A DNA stretch of 64,000 nt from a virus (Duplodnaviria; Caudoviricetes): the IMG/VR virus record IMGVR_UViG_3300011008_002712. One strand, 5' to 3'. The first letter of the stretch is position 1. The number at the start of each line of letters is the position of its first letter. Positions 9,805-19,917 of the stretch are shown here, in pieces. The notes beneath the pieces were generated by a model. That model was given only the letters and a program-made list of their open reading frames with translations. It had not been told where the DNA came from and did not search any database. Both the position numbers and the translations under genes were made by a program.

Positions 9805-10236
9805 TTAAAAATTTAAGCTTTTCATTAAACGTTGAAGTTCTCTTTCGGATTTTTCTTCATCTTCTTTCGTCCATTCAACTTTTTCTTCAACAATATTATT
9901 TTCTTTATTATATTCCATTGTATCTTCTAATAGTTTTTCATAATCTTCAAAAAAATCATTGTACGTTGAAACTAATTTAGACAATTCTTTTTTAACATCT
10001 TCTAATTTATCGTTTGATTCTTTTATAAATTCTGCTTCTTCTTTTGCTTCAATAACTTTGCCATTAATAACAAGTTTCAGCCATTCATCACATTGTTTAT
10101 ATTGATTTTTTAATTCATAATCAAAATCTTCTATTGATTCTTCAAAATTATTGATTTGTTTTGTTATTTTATCAAAAGATGATTTTAGCTTATCGCTATT
10201 TTCAAATTTATTAGATACTTTTTTTAATCTTTTCAT
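9805..10236 (-). CDS. Coiled-coil hypothetical protein with MKRL N-terminus
   Basis: E/K-rich heptads; GGTG RBS. Confidence 0.6.
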   Translation of the reverse strand: MKRLKKVSNKFENSDKLKSSFDKITKQINNFEESIEDFDYELKNQYKQCDEWLKLVINGKVIEAKEEAEFIKESNDKLEDVKKELSKLVSTYNDFFEDYEKLLEDTMEYNKENNIVEEKVEWTKEDEEKSERELQRLMKSLNF

Positions 10237-10261
10237 TATACATCACCAAAAATTAAATAAA

Positions 10262-10492
10262 TTAATTAGCATTTTGTTTTATAAAAATGAAAAATGCCGC
10301 AAAGCACATCATTAATGCAAAAACATAAAAATTTTCTAATGATATGTAAGTTAACACGATGTCAAACATAATTAAACACAAATACATAGCAATTGTTATC
10401 ACTGTAATTGGAATAAATAAAAAGCAAAAATAGGTAATTCCTTCTCCAAACGTTTGAGAAAATCTGCAAACTAGATTTCTAGTTCTTTGCAT
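10262..10492 (-). CDS. Small membrane protein
   Basis: Two hydrophobic segments; start uncertain. Confidence 0.4.
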   Translation of the reverse strand: MQRTRNLVCRFSQTFGEGITYFCFLFIPITVITIAMYLCLIMFDIVLTYISLENFYVFALMMCFAAFFIFIKQNAN

Positions 10493-10836
10493 TCATATCC
10501 CGCCTTTTTTAACCAATCTGCAACCAGATGCCTATGACAAAAATCATTAGATTTTTCATAGCATAACAAAACAACATCTTTGCCACCAGATAAAAAATAA
10601 AAATCGTTTACTACTTGATGCGGATCTAATTTTGATAACACCTCCTCATTAAAATGTTTGATATAAAAATCATTATCATGATTTTCTTTCCACAGTTTAA
10701 AAAAACTCCATTTTGGCGCTAAAAACTTATATTCCTGACCGTTATAAAAATCAGGACATCTTCCAGCAATAGAAATTAAAAACATATCTTGGGGAATCTT
10801 TTTAATTTTTGCATAGTATGATGTATAAATTTTCAT
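10471..10836 (-). CDS. DUF488-like phage protein
   Basis: IYTSYYA...LAP...LLCYEK..FCHRHLVADWL signature. Confidence 0.75.
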   Translation of the reverse strand: MKIYTSYYAKIKKIPQDMFLISIAGRCPDFYNGQEYKFLAPKWSFFKLWKENHDNDFYIKHFNEEVLSKLDPHQVVNDFYFLSGGKDVVLLCYEKSNDFCHRHLVADWLKKAGYECKELEI

Positions 10837-10863
10837 GAATAATCACCTTCAAATTATTTTAAT

Positions 10864-10896
10864 TAGAAAACCACTAATTAAATTAGTGGTTTTCTA
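10864..10896. terminator. Hairpin terminator after uraA
   Basis: TAGAAAACCACTAAT / ATTAGTGGTTTTCTA. Confidence 0.65.
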
Positions 10897-10902
10897 TCAA
10901 AA

Positions 10903-12153
10903 TCATTTATAAGCCATTTTATTTCTAATAACAAAAATTATTTTAATGAGTAATGAAAGAATAACAGCTACAACAGTTGATAATGACATACCAACTAAAG
11001 AAACTGCACCAATTGTAATGCTTGCAGACGATACACCAATGCCTAAAACAACAGATGTAAGAATTAGATTAACTGATTTACCGTAATCAACTTTTGAATC
11101 TACAAAAATCCTGATTCCGGAGACAGCAATCAATCCAAACAGTAATAAAGATACTCCTCCCATTACTGGAGTTGGAATTGATTGAATCAACGCAGCCAAT
11201 TTGCCGAAACAAGATAAAATGATAGCAAACACAGCTGCGCCTCCAATTACCCAAGTAGAAAATACTTTGGAAATTGCTAAAACGCCAATGTTTTCAGCAT
11301 ATGTTGTATTAGGTGTTGATCCAAAAAATCCAGAAAACATAGTAGAAATACCATTTCCAAGAAGAGAACGATCCAATCCAGGATCTTTTGTTAAATCTTT
11401 TCCAACAATGTTTCCAGTCACAATTAAATGGCCAATGTGTTCAACCACAACGACGAATGCCGCTGGAAGAATAATCAATGCAGCAGAAAGATTAAATGTT
11501 GGTTCATAAAAAGTTGGCAATGCAAATATTGGCGCTGCATAAACAATCGATAAATCAACAATTCCCATATACAATGATAATGCATACCCGCAAACAACGC
11601 CGATTAAAATTGGTATGATTGAAAGGAATCCCCTAAAAGCTACTGAAACGATAATCGTAACTAATAATGTAAATAATGAAACAAAAACATTGTCAATATT
11701 TAATTGATCTCCAACAAGTCCTGCCATCTTAGCCGCTGTTGGCATAAGTTCTAAACCAATCACTGCAATGATTGCACCCATAGCCGCTGGAGGGAATAAC
11801 ATATCAATCCATTTTGTTCCAGCATATTTAATAATTAGTGCTACTAAACAGAAAACTAATCCTGAAAGTATAAAACCTCCCAAAGCAGTAGAATAATCAT
11901 AATTTGTAAGCACTAAGAAAACTGGAGATAAAAATGCAAAACTTGAACCAAGATATGCTGGAATCTTGCCTTTACATAAAATCAAATAAAATAATGTGCC
12001 AATACCATTAAACAACAAACATGTAGCAGGATTAATGTTAAAAAGAATTGGCACTAAAATTGTAGAACCAAACATTGCAAACAGATGTTGCAAACTTAGA
12101 GGAATAGCTTTTAAGATTGGCGGTTTTTCTTGTACTTGAATAATCTTTCCCAT
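10903..12153 (-). CDS. uraA: Uracil permease (NCS2 family)
   Basis: SLQHLFAMFG, YLGSSFAF, EHIGH, PNTTYAENIGV NCS2 signature; many TM helices. Confidence 0.92.
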   Translation of the reverse strand: MGKIIQVQEKPPILKAIPLSLQHLFAMFGSTILVPILFNINPATCLLFNGIGTLFYLILCKGKIPAYLGSSFAFLSPVFLVLTNYDYSTALGGFILSGLVFCLVALIIKYAGTKWIDMLFPPAAMGAIIAVIGLELMPTAAKMAGLVGDQLNIDNVFVSLFTLLVTIIVSVAFRGFLSIIPILIGVVCGYALSLYMGIVDLSIVYAAPIFALPTFYEPTFNLSAALIILPAAFVVVVEHIGHLIVTGNIVGKDLTKDPGLDRSLLGNGISTMFSGFFGSTPNTTYAENIGVLAISKVFSTWVIGGAAVFAIILSCFGKLAALIQSIPTPVMGGVSLLLFGLIAVSGIRIFVDSKVDYGKSVNLILTSVVLGIGVSSASITIGAVSLVGMSLSTVVAVILSLLIKIIFVIRNKMAYK

Positions 12154-12549
12154 TTACTTGTCCTTTCTTAACTCTGGATTTACATCTTCATCAACAAACA
12201 TTGCATAACTAATTCTACCATCTTTTTCTTTTATTCGAAAAGCATCTGGTCTGGATGCGTGTGCCCACAGATATTCAATATCTATATCTCCACATGTTCC
12301 AAAACCTTCACGAACTAATCTAATTCCTGGAGTATGAATCAATGCTTTTCCGCATTTCTTGCATATAATCATCTTTTGTCTTGGAGCATCTAACGCACAT
12401 TGACATGTCCAGGCTTCCCATTCATGTTTATCAAAATCACACACTTCTTCTTTTGCAAAAGATTGGAAAAATAACCTAAGGCTAAACAACAATACAAAAA
12501 TAACGAACAATATGATACTCAACATAAATGAATTTACCATGAAAATCAT
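12154..12549 (-). CDS. Membrane-anchored hypothetical protein
   Basis: N-terminal TM segment, CKKC; abuts uraA. Confidence 0.55.
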   Translation of the reverse strand: MIFMVNSFMLSIILFVIFVLLFSLRLFFQSFAKEEVCDFDKHEWEAWTCQCALDAPRQKMIICKKCGKALIHTPGIRLVREGFGTCGDIDIEYLWAHASRPDAFRIKEKDGRISYAMFVDEDVNPELRKDK

Positions 12550-13112
12550 CGCTCCCTATAACTTTCGCACATGAGCAATTCATTTCTTAATTTATCATAG
12601 TATTGGTGAAGTCTTGGATTTGTCCATTTCATCCATTCATCTATATTGTTGTTTTGCAAAAAACCTCTTATCTTTGTTGCAGAAATTTGATATTTTGAAC
12701 GTGATATGACAACTTCAGTAATGTCTTTGATATCTTCTGGATCGAACCATTTGCTTCTAGCTTCATCATTTCCATAAATCATTAATTCTGGAATATTCTT
12801 CATTTGAAGTTTTGTGTTTTTTAAAACATATTTTCCCCATTCTGGAGTGATATCTTGTTCGTGAGTTAAATCGGCTAGAGGTTTTACTATCACATTATCA
12901 TCTGGATAAATATTTTTAATCATTTCTATTCTTGTAGAAACTGAAAATGGATTTCTTTCTGTACAAAATTCTTGCGCTGATCCAACTAAAATTAAAAGCC
13001 TATCAGCAAGACGCAACGCTGTATTGATAACGTGTTCATGTCCAATATGAATATGTTGAAATCTTCCGCAAAACATCGCTAGATCAAAAGCATGTTTATT
13101 CATTATTTCCAC
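12546..13112 (-). CDS. NMN/NaMN adenylyltransferase (NadM-like cytidylyltransferase fold)
   Basis: GRFQHIHIGH (HIGH), GSAQ, RNPF..R, ISATKIR. Confidence 0.82.
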   Translation of the reverse strand: MEIMNKHAFDLAMFCGRFQHIHIGHEHVINTALRLADRLLILVGSAQEFCTERNPFSVSTRIEMIKNIYPDDNVIVKPLADLTHEQDITPEWGKYVLKNTKLQMKNIPELMIYGNDEARSKWFDPEDIKDITEVVISRSKYQISATKIRGFLQNNNIDEWMKWTNPRLHQYYDKLRNELLMCESYRER

Positions 13113-13576
13113 CTGTATTCTTCTTTATCAACGTCAACAATTTCATAATCTTCTGGAACTATCAGAACATCATACTTAACAACATCAACGTACGTTTGTT
13201 CCTCTCCAGTTATAGAATTTTTTTCTAAAACATGTTTTTCAAAACGTCCAAATTGTGGAGGCTCGTCATTTGTCTCTATAAATTTAGTATCTTTACTATC
13301 AATTATTTCAACAATCCCATTATTTCTTCTAACTTTGAAAACATAGACAATCTTATCATAATTGTTTCTATACTTTCCCAAAACAATTTTACCAGAATCT
13401 TTGTTTAACGTTAACACATCACCATTTTTTACAAATTTTTGTTCTTCTGACACATCTTCCCAAGACATCATTATAATTGCCTTAAAAAGAAATATCAACG
13501 CAATTATACAGCATGTTGCAATAGCAGTAAATTCTGTTATGTGTTCTTCTAAATCTTCCATAAGTTCTCCTTTCAT
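13103..13576 (-). CDS. Membrane-anchored hypothetical protein
   Basis: N-terminal TM segment; C-terminus weakly resembles lipoprotein 49054..49506. Confidence 0.6.
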   Translation of the reverse strand: MKGELMEDLEEHITEFTAIATCCIIALIFLFKAIIMMSWEDVSEEQKFVKNGDVLTLNKDSGKIVLGKYRNNYDKIVYVFKVRRNNGIVEIIDSKDTKFIETNDEPPQFGRFEKHVLEKNSITGEEQTYVDVVKYDVLIVPEDYEIVDVDKEEYRWK

Positions 13577-14289
13577 TAAAGATTGGCGCCAAGCATTTTG
13601 TATTTACAAGCTTCTTTGTTTGCAAGTTCATCGCATCTCTCATTATATTCAACATTAGAATGTCCTTTTACCCAATTCCATTCTATATTAAACTGAGAAA
13701 CTAAATCGTCAAGACTCCTCCATAAATCTACATTTTTAACAGCAGAACCAGATGATGTCTTCCAATTAGATATTTTCCAATTTTTTAACCACCCACTAGT
13801 AAATGCATTTTTCATATACTGAGAATCAGTATATATTACAATATTACTTTGTTTTGGTATAACAGACAATGCGGCGATCGCAGCCGATAATTCCATTCTA
13901 TTGTTTGTTGTATCTGCGTCACCTCCTGACACCTCTTTTATTTTTTTAGAATAAGTATCTATAATGATAGCCGCATACCCTCCTGGTCCAGGATTCTTGA
14001 GGCATGAACCGTCAGTATAAATAATATAATCGGTATTTTTCTTTGGATGTACTTTTCCTTGAGATGGTTTTGGAACAGTATTTTTTTTATTATGATTCAA
14101 ATAATTTTCTGCTTCTTCTTTCGTATCAAATCCCTTGAATTGCGCATTTGAAAAACCTTGAGTAGCATTTTTGCACTCTTCCCACGTCGTTACTATGCCG
14201 ATCGTCCTGCCGTTCATAATAGCATAATATTTTTTCATTTTTACTCCTATAGAAATAAGCTCCGTTTTATTCTGGAGCTTGATTCTCAT
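13576..14289 (-). CDS. rnhA: Ribonuclease HI with N-terminal hybrid-binding domain
   Basis: KYYAI..GR..GI..TWEEC (HBD); YTDGSC, TTNNRMEL, TDSQY, WVKGH, NERCDELA. Likely start at MKKYYA (~14238). Confidence 0.92.
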   Translation of the reverse strand: MRIKLQNKTELISIGVKMKKYYAIMNGRTIGIVTTWEECKNATQGFSNAQFKGFDTKEEAENYLNHNKKNTVPKPSQGKVHPKKNTDYIIYTDGSCLKNPGPGGYAAIIIDTYSKKIKEVSGGDADTTNNRMELSAAIAALSVIPKQSNIVIYTDSQYMKNAFTSGWLKNWKISNWKTSSGSAVKNVDLWRSLDDLVSQFNIEWNWVKGHSNVEYNERCDELANKEACKYKMLGANL

Positions 14290-14599
14290 TTAATCCATCT
14301 TGATATGCTTCTGCTACAGCTGAATAAAAAATGTCATTAAAATCAACATTCAAAATTTCCATTAGATATACCAAGAACTGAGCACGAGCTAGATACATCG
14401 TTTCTTCGTCTTTGCAAACTTGTTTATTTTCAGTAAATGTTTCTAGAAACGCCCCCATCATCAATGCCGCATCTCTTAATGAAATATCTTTTGAGCTGAC
14501 ATCAATTTTTTCATTACGCTTCCTAATCCTAATTTCTTGAAAATCATCTATAAATTCAACATTATTTTGTTTATTTTTTCCACCGTCGATAACTTTCAC
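14267..14599 (-). CDS. Hypothetical protein
   Basis: ORF in operon. Confidence 0.55.
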   Translation of the reverse strand: MKVIDGGKNKQNNVEFIDDFQEIRIRKRNEKIDVSSKDISLRDAALMMGAFLETFTENKQVCKDEETMYLARAQFLVYLMEILNVDFNDIFYSAVAEAYQDGLNENQAPE

Positions 14600-14609
14600 A
14601 AAAACACCC

Positions 14610-14960
14610 TCAATTTAATTTTTTTGTCATTATTCCATAAATGCAATTCTTTGATATCCAACCATTGACATGACCATGATTGTTTCCAATTTGGAATGAT
14701 TTATTATTTTTAATTGATAAGACTTTATGTAAGTAATAATGCCCATTTACTTTGCAAAATACTATATCATTCTTTTTCAATTCTATTTCATCTGTTATTG
14801 GAGACACAATAACTGGTTGACCAGATTTTAGAATCGGAGTCATAGACTGTCCAAATCCAACTATGACAACAGTCTCACCATTCAAAAGGTGTTCAGCTGA
14901 AATTTTATTCTCTTTTCCTACAAACATAATGTTTATTCCCCTTTTTGTATCACAACCCAA
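14610..14960 (-). CDS. Peptidase S24/S26-like protein
   Basis: GQSMTPIL (catalytic Ser), DIV, YLHKV, IGNN. Confidence 0.7.
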   Translation of the reverse strand: MGCDTKRGINIMFVGKENKISAEHLLNGETVVIVGFGQSMTPILKSGQPVIVSPITDEIELKKNDIVFCKVNGHYYLHKVLSIKNNKSFQIGNNHGHVNGWISKNCIYGIMTKKLN

Positions 14961-15315
14961 ACCTTATCAATAAATCGTTTCTGAAAAACAATGACAATTT
15001 ATGAAAAAAATCATATCTTTTGTCTATTTCCATGATATCTTTAAATTTTCTAACTAAGAACATGTTGTATTTAAAATCGTATATATATGTGTCGCATCCT
15101 AGAATAAAGTGATAGTATTTCATATCTCCTAATGCAAAAATTTTAAATGTCAGCTGCAACTCATTATTTGTGCAACAAAATATTTTATTTAAAAAATCTT
15201 CAACATTTTGATGCACAATAGTAGCATTAAAATCATCAAATATGTATATTCCATTAATGTTTTTCACGATCTTCCTTTCACATAAAAAACCATTTCTTGT
15301 TATCAAAGTAATCAT
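14950..15315 (-). CDS. Hypothetical protein, possibly degenerate ABC-ATPase C-terminal half
   Basis: IYIFDDFNATIVHQ...NNELQLTF echoes Walker B / H / Q-motif spacing. Confidence 0.4.
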   Translation of the reverse strand: MITLITRNGFLCERKIVKNINGIYIFDDFNATIVHQNVEDFLNKIFCCTNNELQLTFKIFALGDMKYYHFILGCDTYIYDFKYNMFLVRKFKDIMEIDKRYDFFHKLSLFFRNDLLIRFGL

Positions 15316-16267
15316 CTTTTATTCTGTCTCCATAAATTTTGTAAAATATTGATTCGCCGTTTATTCTGTCAGCAAAAATAATTTTTTTGTATTTCAAAAA
15401 ATCTAACATGATAGTGTTATTCGCAATAAGCACAAATTGGCTTTGCTTATCCAGGCTATATATCATATGCTTAACTAACAAAGGATGCATGCTTACGTCA
15501 AAGTCATCTACGAAATATGTCTTTTTTGAAGTTAGATTCATCAAGATATATTCTAATGTTTTCTTTATCCCATTGCATTCTTCATCATAACTAACATGCA
15601 TTTTATTTTCGTTACAAAAATGAACAAAAACTAGCTCATATGTCTTATTTTTTTCAATATAATAAATTTTTCCATTGTGCTTTAAAAACATGTTTTTTTC
15701 GCACATTCTTAACTTTTCATCTGTTTTTTTTATTTCTAATTTAATTTTTGAAAATCCAAACGATTCGAACGCCGATGATTGTTTATTCACTGTATTTAAG
15801 CTGCATAAAAATTCCGTGTCAATATTGTCTTTTATAACTACCAAAGAATCAATAAAACTTCTTAATTCTTTATGATTATTTACAGCACAACAATGATATT
15901 CATACATTTTATCATTATCAAAAGAATAAAAAACTTCTTTTAATATCTTATTTTCTTTATGATCGTATGTTAATTCATAATTAAATTTTTTATCATCTTT
16001 TTTGAATTGAAATCCGAATATCATTGGAATGTGTAAACCAGAAAATTTATTGTAATGACTAGAAAGATCAATGTCATTTCCAAGAGCTATTTGCTTAGCT
16101 GCATATATAGCCTGCACTAATGCAGTTCTCCCAACACCAATATGATTAACATTACTATAAATTAATGTCTTAGAATTGTCAAAAATTATTTTTGCATTTC
16201 TTAAACATTTAAAATTGTCAACATAAATTGATGTTACCATTTCGTTTTCTCCTGAAAAAATTGACAT
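15278..16267 (-). CDS. Degenerate AAA_21/AbiEii-RloA-like ABC ATPase
   Basis: VDNFKC start, GVGRT in place of Walker A GKS/T, ECNGIKK signature, FVDDFD..MHP, QFVLIAN. Confidence 0.65.
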   Translation of the reverse strand: MSIFSGENEMVTSIYVDNFKCLRNAKIIFDNSKTLIYSNVNHIGVGRTALVQAIYAAKQIALGNDIDLSSHYNKFSGLHIPMIFGFQFKKDDKKFNYELTYDHKENKILKEVFYSFDNDKMYEYHCCAVNNHKELRSFIDSLVVIKDNIDTEFLCSLNTVNKQSSAFESFGFSKIKLEIKKTDEKLRMCEKNMFLKHNGKIYYIEKNKTYELVFVHFCNENKMHVSYDEECNGIKKTLEYILMNLTSKKTYFVDDFDVSMHPLLVKHMIYSLDKQSQFVLIANNTIMLDFLKYKKIIFADRINGESIFYKIYGDRIKDDYFDNKKWFFM

Positions 16268-16301
16268 ATATCAGCAAATAACAAAACTATTTGCTGATAT
16301 A

Positions 16302-16715
16302 TCAACCTAGCGTTCCGTAATATAAGCAATGTTTGTTTCCCATCAATTCTTTAGGACATTCATCTAACTTGACATATTTTCCAGTCTTATCGTCATATTT
16401 ATAGAAATATAGCACCGTGCCATTAGAAACATCTGAATTATCAACAGACGCCATGGGATAATAGCCAGATGGAGTTTCTTCAATCACTGCATATGTATAA
16501 CAATATTCATATATATCACAGTCATTGTTTCTTACTCTTTTATCTGCTTCTTCAAATGTTGGCAACCATCCAACAGCACGTGTGCTAGAATACGGGCTTG
16601 CCAGTCCATTTTCAATTTTTTCTTTCAATTTTGGATCTTTTTCAAAATCTTTTTCTGAGTATGTGCTTATCGCAGTAACTATGTAAATAACATCGCGCAT
16701 TATTTTATCCTCCAA
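16302..16715 (-). CDS. Hypothetical protein
   Basis: ORF; DIYEYCYTYAVIEE motif seen in phage hypotheticals. Confidence 0.6.
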   Translation of the reverse strand: MEDKIMRDVIYIVTAISTYSEKDFEKDPKLKEKIENGLASPYSSTRAVGWLPTFEEADKRVRNNDCDIYEYCYTYAVIEETPSGYYPMASVDNSDVSNGTVLYFYKYDDKTGKYVKLDECPKELMGNKHCLYYGTLG

Positions 16716-16735
16716 AAAAACCTAAATTTTTATCT

Positions 16736-16790
16736 CGTGAAATTTTTGCAGTTGCTGCTTTATGTCCAGAAAAACTGCAAAAATTTCACG
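16736..16790. repeat. 18-bp perfect inverted repeat
   Basis: CGTGAAATTTTTGCAGTT-N19-AACTGCAAAAATTTCACG. Confidence 0.8.
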
Positions 16791-16840
16791 CGAAAATTTT
16801 TTGAAATCTCACTATTCTATCCAGAAAACAGCAAAAAATT

Positions 16841-16917
16841 CTCGTGTAATGTGAAGCCATAGTTCACTTTTTTATATGGTTTTCTGATTTATTTCTGAAC
16901 ATCATAAAACTGCACGC
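16841..16917. repeat. Conserved intergenic element, copy 1
   Basis: CTCGTGTAATGTGA-N23-GGTTTT-...-AACTGCACGC; same blocks and spacing at 20290. Confidence 0.7.
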
Positions 16918-16958
16918 TGTTCACTATTTAAAAACATTTTCTTTTAGTTCTTTTCAAA

Positions 16959-17378
16959 TCACATATCAGTCAGCCATTTTTGCAGTTTCAACTTAATTTT
17001 GAACAACAAAGAAGGCTCAAAATTGATGTCTATCCTGAGATGTCTGCTCTCCTTAAAATCAAGAATGGATTCACCTGGCTTCAGCGGAATTGGCTTCTTG
17101 TACTCGCAAAAACCCGCGTCATAACCTTTTCTCCGCAAAATATCTACAACTCGTTTCGCGGCTTCTATCTGCTGATCCGATTTTCCCTTCCATAAATCAA
17201 TGTGAATAACACAAGTAGAAGAACCGTCTGAGATAGCGCTATAAATCTTTTTATTGACTATACAAAGAAGCTCTTTGACTCCGTCAGAATAGTCTTCTGC
17301 TTTGCGAGCTTCTAGCATCTTCATATATGCCTCATCGCTATCTAACAACTCAATTTCATGATTAATGATAAAAACCAC
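16959..17378 (-). CDS. Hypothetical protein
   Basis: 139-aa ORF. Confidence 0.55.
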   Translation of the reverse strand: MVFIINHEIELLDSDEAYMKMLEARKAEDYSDGVKELLCIVNKKIYSAISDGSSTCVIHIDLWKGKSDQQIEAAKRVVDILRRKGYDAGFCEYKKPIPLKPGESILDFKESRHLRIDINFEPSLLFKIKLKLQKWLTDM

Positions 17379-17388
17379 CTTCTTATTG

Positions 17389-18366
17389 TCAAATCAATTT
17401 TAAAATATCAGTGAATTGATCATATGCGAACAACGACATCTCATCAACAAACGTTATCCATCTTTTCTCTTGTTCTTCTTTTGTCTTTTTACTCTTATTC
17501 TTCCAGCTCTTAGATATGAATTCTTTAATCCACTGCTCTCCATAAGAAGGGAATACTGCACCTGCACGAAACGCAAGCATTTTTTCTAACTGTTCTTTGC
17601 TTGGACAAAATGCAAAGTAGTAATCTAAGAAAAATTCTTTCTGCCCATCAAATTTTACTCTCTTTTCAAAAGCTTCAGAATTAATCTTCTTGAGCATATC
17701 ACGTCCAACGACATATTCTTCAATAGAAAAAAACGTCCCTCCTCTTTTTTCTATTTCACCAAGTTTTTCTACTACATCTTTCCATTCATTGATATCTGCC
17801 TTGATGCCTTCTTCTTCCATCTCCCGTTTCATCTCGTTGAAGTCTATTGGTATCTTTATCATAACTGGAAGAGGGACAATCTCTCCACTTATAGAGTCAC
17901 GAAGAAATAGCCCATCATTGATGAAAGAAAGAGTCGTCGGAACTGCTATAATATCTTTTGCCAAACGATCTTCATGCTGCTTTGCATAAGTATATGGCGT
18001 CTTAATGAAAAAATCAAAGTCGTCTATCTCATCATTGCTTGCTACTAAAAAATTGTTGAAAAAATCTATCGTTTCTTTCTTTTTCCACATGCGATATAAA
18101 TTTGGTGGAGGGGAGAATACTTTCGAAGGATCGTCTTTGCAATTTTTTTCAATCTTCTTAATCTCATCTAATATTGTAATGCCCTCAAAATATTGCACAT
18201 CTTGTGTCTTTTTTTCGCCTTTCTCATCTAGATATTCTTTCTTTCGCTGATAAGAAAATGCAACTAAAATATCTCCAAGCATAATCCCTTTCAGCTCAGA
18301 TTTTGTTTCATACTTTATGCTCATGCTGATATCTATAGCATCATTGCTTTTATTCATAAGTTCCAT
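17389..18366 (-). CDS. Hypothetical protein
   Basis: 325-aa ORF with RBS. Confidence 0.65.
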   Translation of the reverse strand: MELMNKSNDAIDISMSIKYETKSELKGIMLGDILVAFSYQRKKEYLDEKGEKKTQDVQYFEGITILDEIKKIEKNCKDDPSKVFSPPPNLYRMWKKKETIDFFNNFLVASNDEIDDFDFFIKTPYTYAKQHEDRLAKDIIAVPTTLSFINDGLFLRDSISGEIVPLPVMIKIPIDFNEMKREMEEEGIKADINEWKDVVEKLGEIEKRGGTFFSIEEYVVGRDMLKKINSEAFEKRVKFDGQKEFFLDYYFAFCPSKEQLEKMLAFRAGAVFPSYGEQWIKEFISKSWKNKSKKTKEEQEKRWITFVDEMSLFAYDQFTDILKLI

Positions 18367-18657
18367 GCCTCAACACCCTCCACACCTTACTGTTTAATTA
18401 TAAACAATCTCAAAGAAAATTTAAACCTTCGACGCAAAAATATATCTAATTGATTATTCAATTATATATAAAACATTTTCTTTCTCATCAAACCTTATCC
18501 CTGATGCACTCTTTTCCCATTCATCTTCATATGCTATTCCTACTTCAACTTCATCGTCAAGCTTCTCAACCCATTCTCTTAAGTCTTTAATTTTTACCAT
18601 CATCTAATCTCTCTTTCTTATCATTTTATTGTAAAATCAAGTTTAAGCAAATGCATA

Positions 18658-19263
18658 TCAATACGGATATTCGTAATTTGTATGATATGTCTCGTTAAAT
18701 TGTGCCAGACGTTTTTTATCATGTTCTTTCAGCATCTTGCAAAATTCTTCCGCATCCTTTTTCTTCTTGAAAGCATATTCTTTTGCCGTGCCAGTTTTTG
18801 AAGCAAAAGATACATCCATATCATCAATTTTTTGATCAAGCTTTTTTTCAGAAGGCACATAGCATTCGATATAATCATTTTCACATCGCCCAGTCCTACA
18901 AAATGCTATGAGATGCAAAGAATCCATATATCCCTTGCCATCTTTATATGCAGAAACAGCTGCCGGTCCTTGTGCAATTATTTTATAGACAATGTATTCA
19001 TGAACTTCCCAATTGCATAAAACAATCTTGTTTGCGTATTCATTAGAGTTATTTCTTTTGCAAATTGGACATTCAGCTTCATATGCATTTCCATCAAATC
19101 CAACATATCTAATCATTCTTGTATCATCACAAGACGGGCACTTCGAATAATATGTTCTTGCATTATCAGAATAATTATTCTTAGCACATTCTTCGACTTT
19201 ATAAAAACGATCTCCCAACCACAAACTTGTGTGATATTTTAAAAACATGCTACGCTCTTCCAA
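18658..19263 (-). CDS. Hypothetical Zn-ribbon protein
   Basis: CPSC...CPIC; GGAGG RBS. Confidence 0.6.
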   Translation of the reverse strand: MEERSMFLKYHTSLWLGDRFYKVEECAKNNYSDNARTYYSKCPSCDDTRMIRYVGFDGNAYEAECPICKRNNSNEYANKIVLCNWEVHEYIVYKIIAQGPAAVSAYKDGKGYMDSLHLIAFCRTGRCENDYIECYVPSEKKLDQKIDDMDVSFASKTGTAKEYAFKKKKDAEEFCKMLKEHDKKRLAQFNETYHTNYEYPY

Positions 19264-19566
19264 AATAATTCCTCCTTCAATTTTGTAAAGTCTGTTGTTT
19301 GATGTAATATGCTTAAATCAACTTACTTAGATAAATTGATTATTCATCCCCATTTCTTTGAACAACTTAAAATAATTATTTATGCATCGATAAAAAGAAT
19401 TTCTGATCTATCTGTTGCAGCTCCATAAAATTTTTAGTTCTTAAAACTTCATCAATAAATATATCAGCTCCTTAGATATTCTTTGTATTCTATTACAGAA
19501 TTTATATGTTTTTACATTTTCATCCAATCACCTTTATATGAAAATCGTAAAATCAAAAAAATTTTT

Positions 19567-19917
19567 CTACATATATAAACAATTCAATTTATCAAAATGC
19601 AAATTTTTATCTTTTCCATTCGGAATAATTAATAATTTATCACCAAATAAATATCGTAGATATTCTTCAACTTCTCGCATAGAATCCAAGTCATTTATTA
19701 CTACATTAATTTTTACACCATAAGGTTGAATCATAGAATAGAAGCGTTTTTCTTTTCCTTCAAAAATACGCTTTGCTATGTTCATATTATAATTTCCATT
19801 CATACATTTTTTATGCTTTGCTAAAACGTCTTCATAATTTATATCATTTTCTAAAACAACATCAAATATCATTATACATTCACTCCCTAACTTTAAATAA
19901 GTTATGTAAAATATCAC
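19567..19917 (-). CDS. Hypothetical protein
   Basis: ORF; probable start at the second Met behind GGGAG. Confidence 0.5.
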   Translation of the reverse strand: MIFYITYLKLGSECIMIFDVVLENDINYEDVLAKHKKCMNGNYNMNIAKRIFEGKEKRFYSMIQPYGVKINVVINDLDSMREVEEYLRYLFGDKLLIIPNGKDKNLHFDKLNCLYM

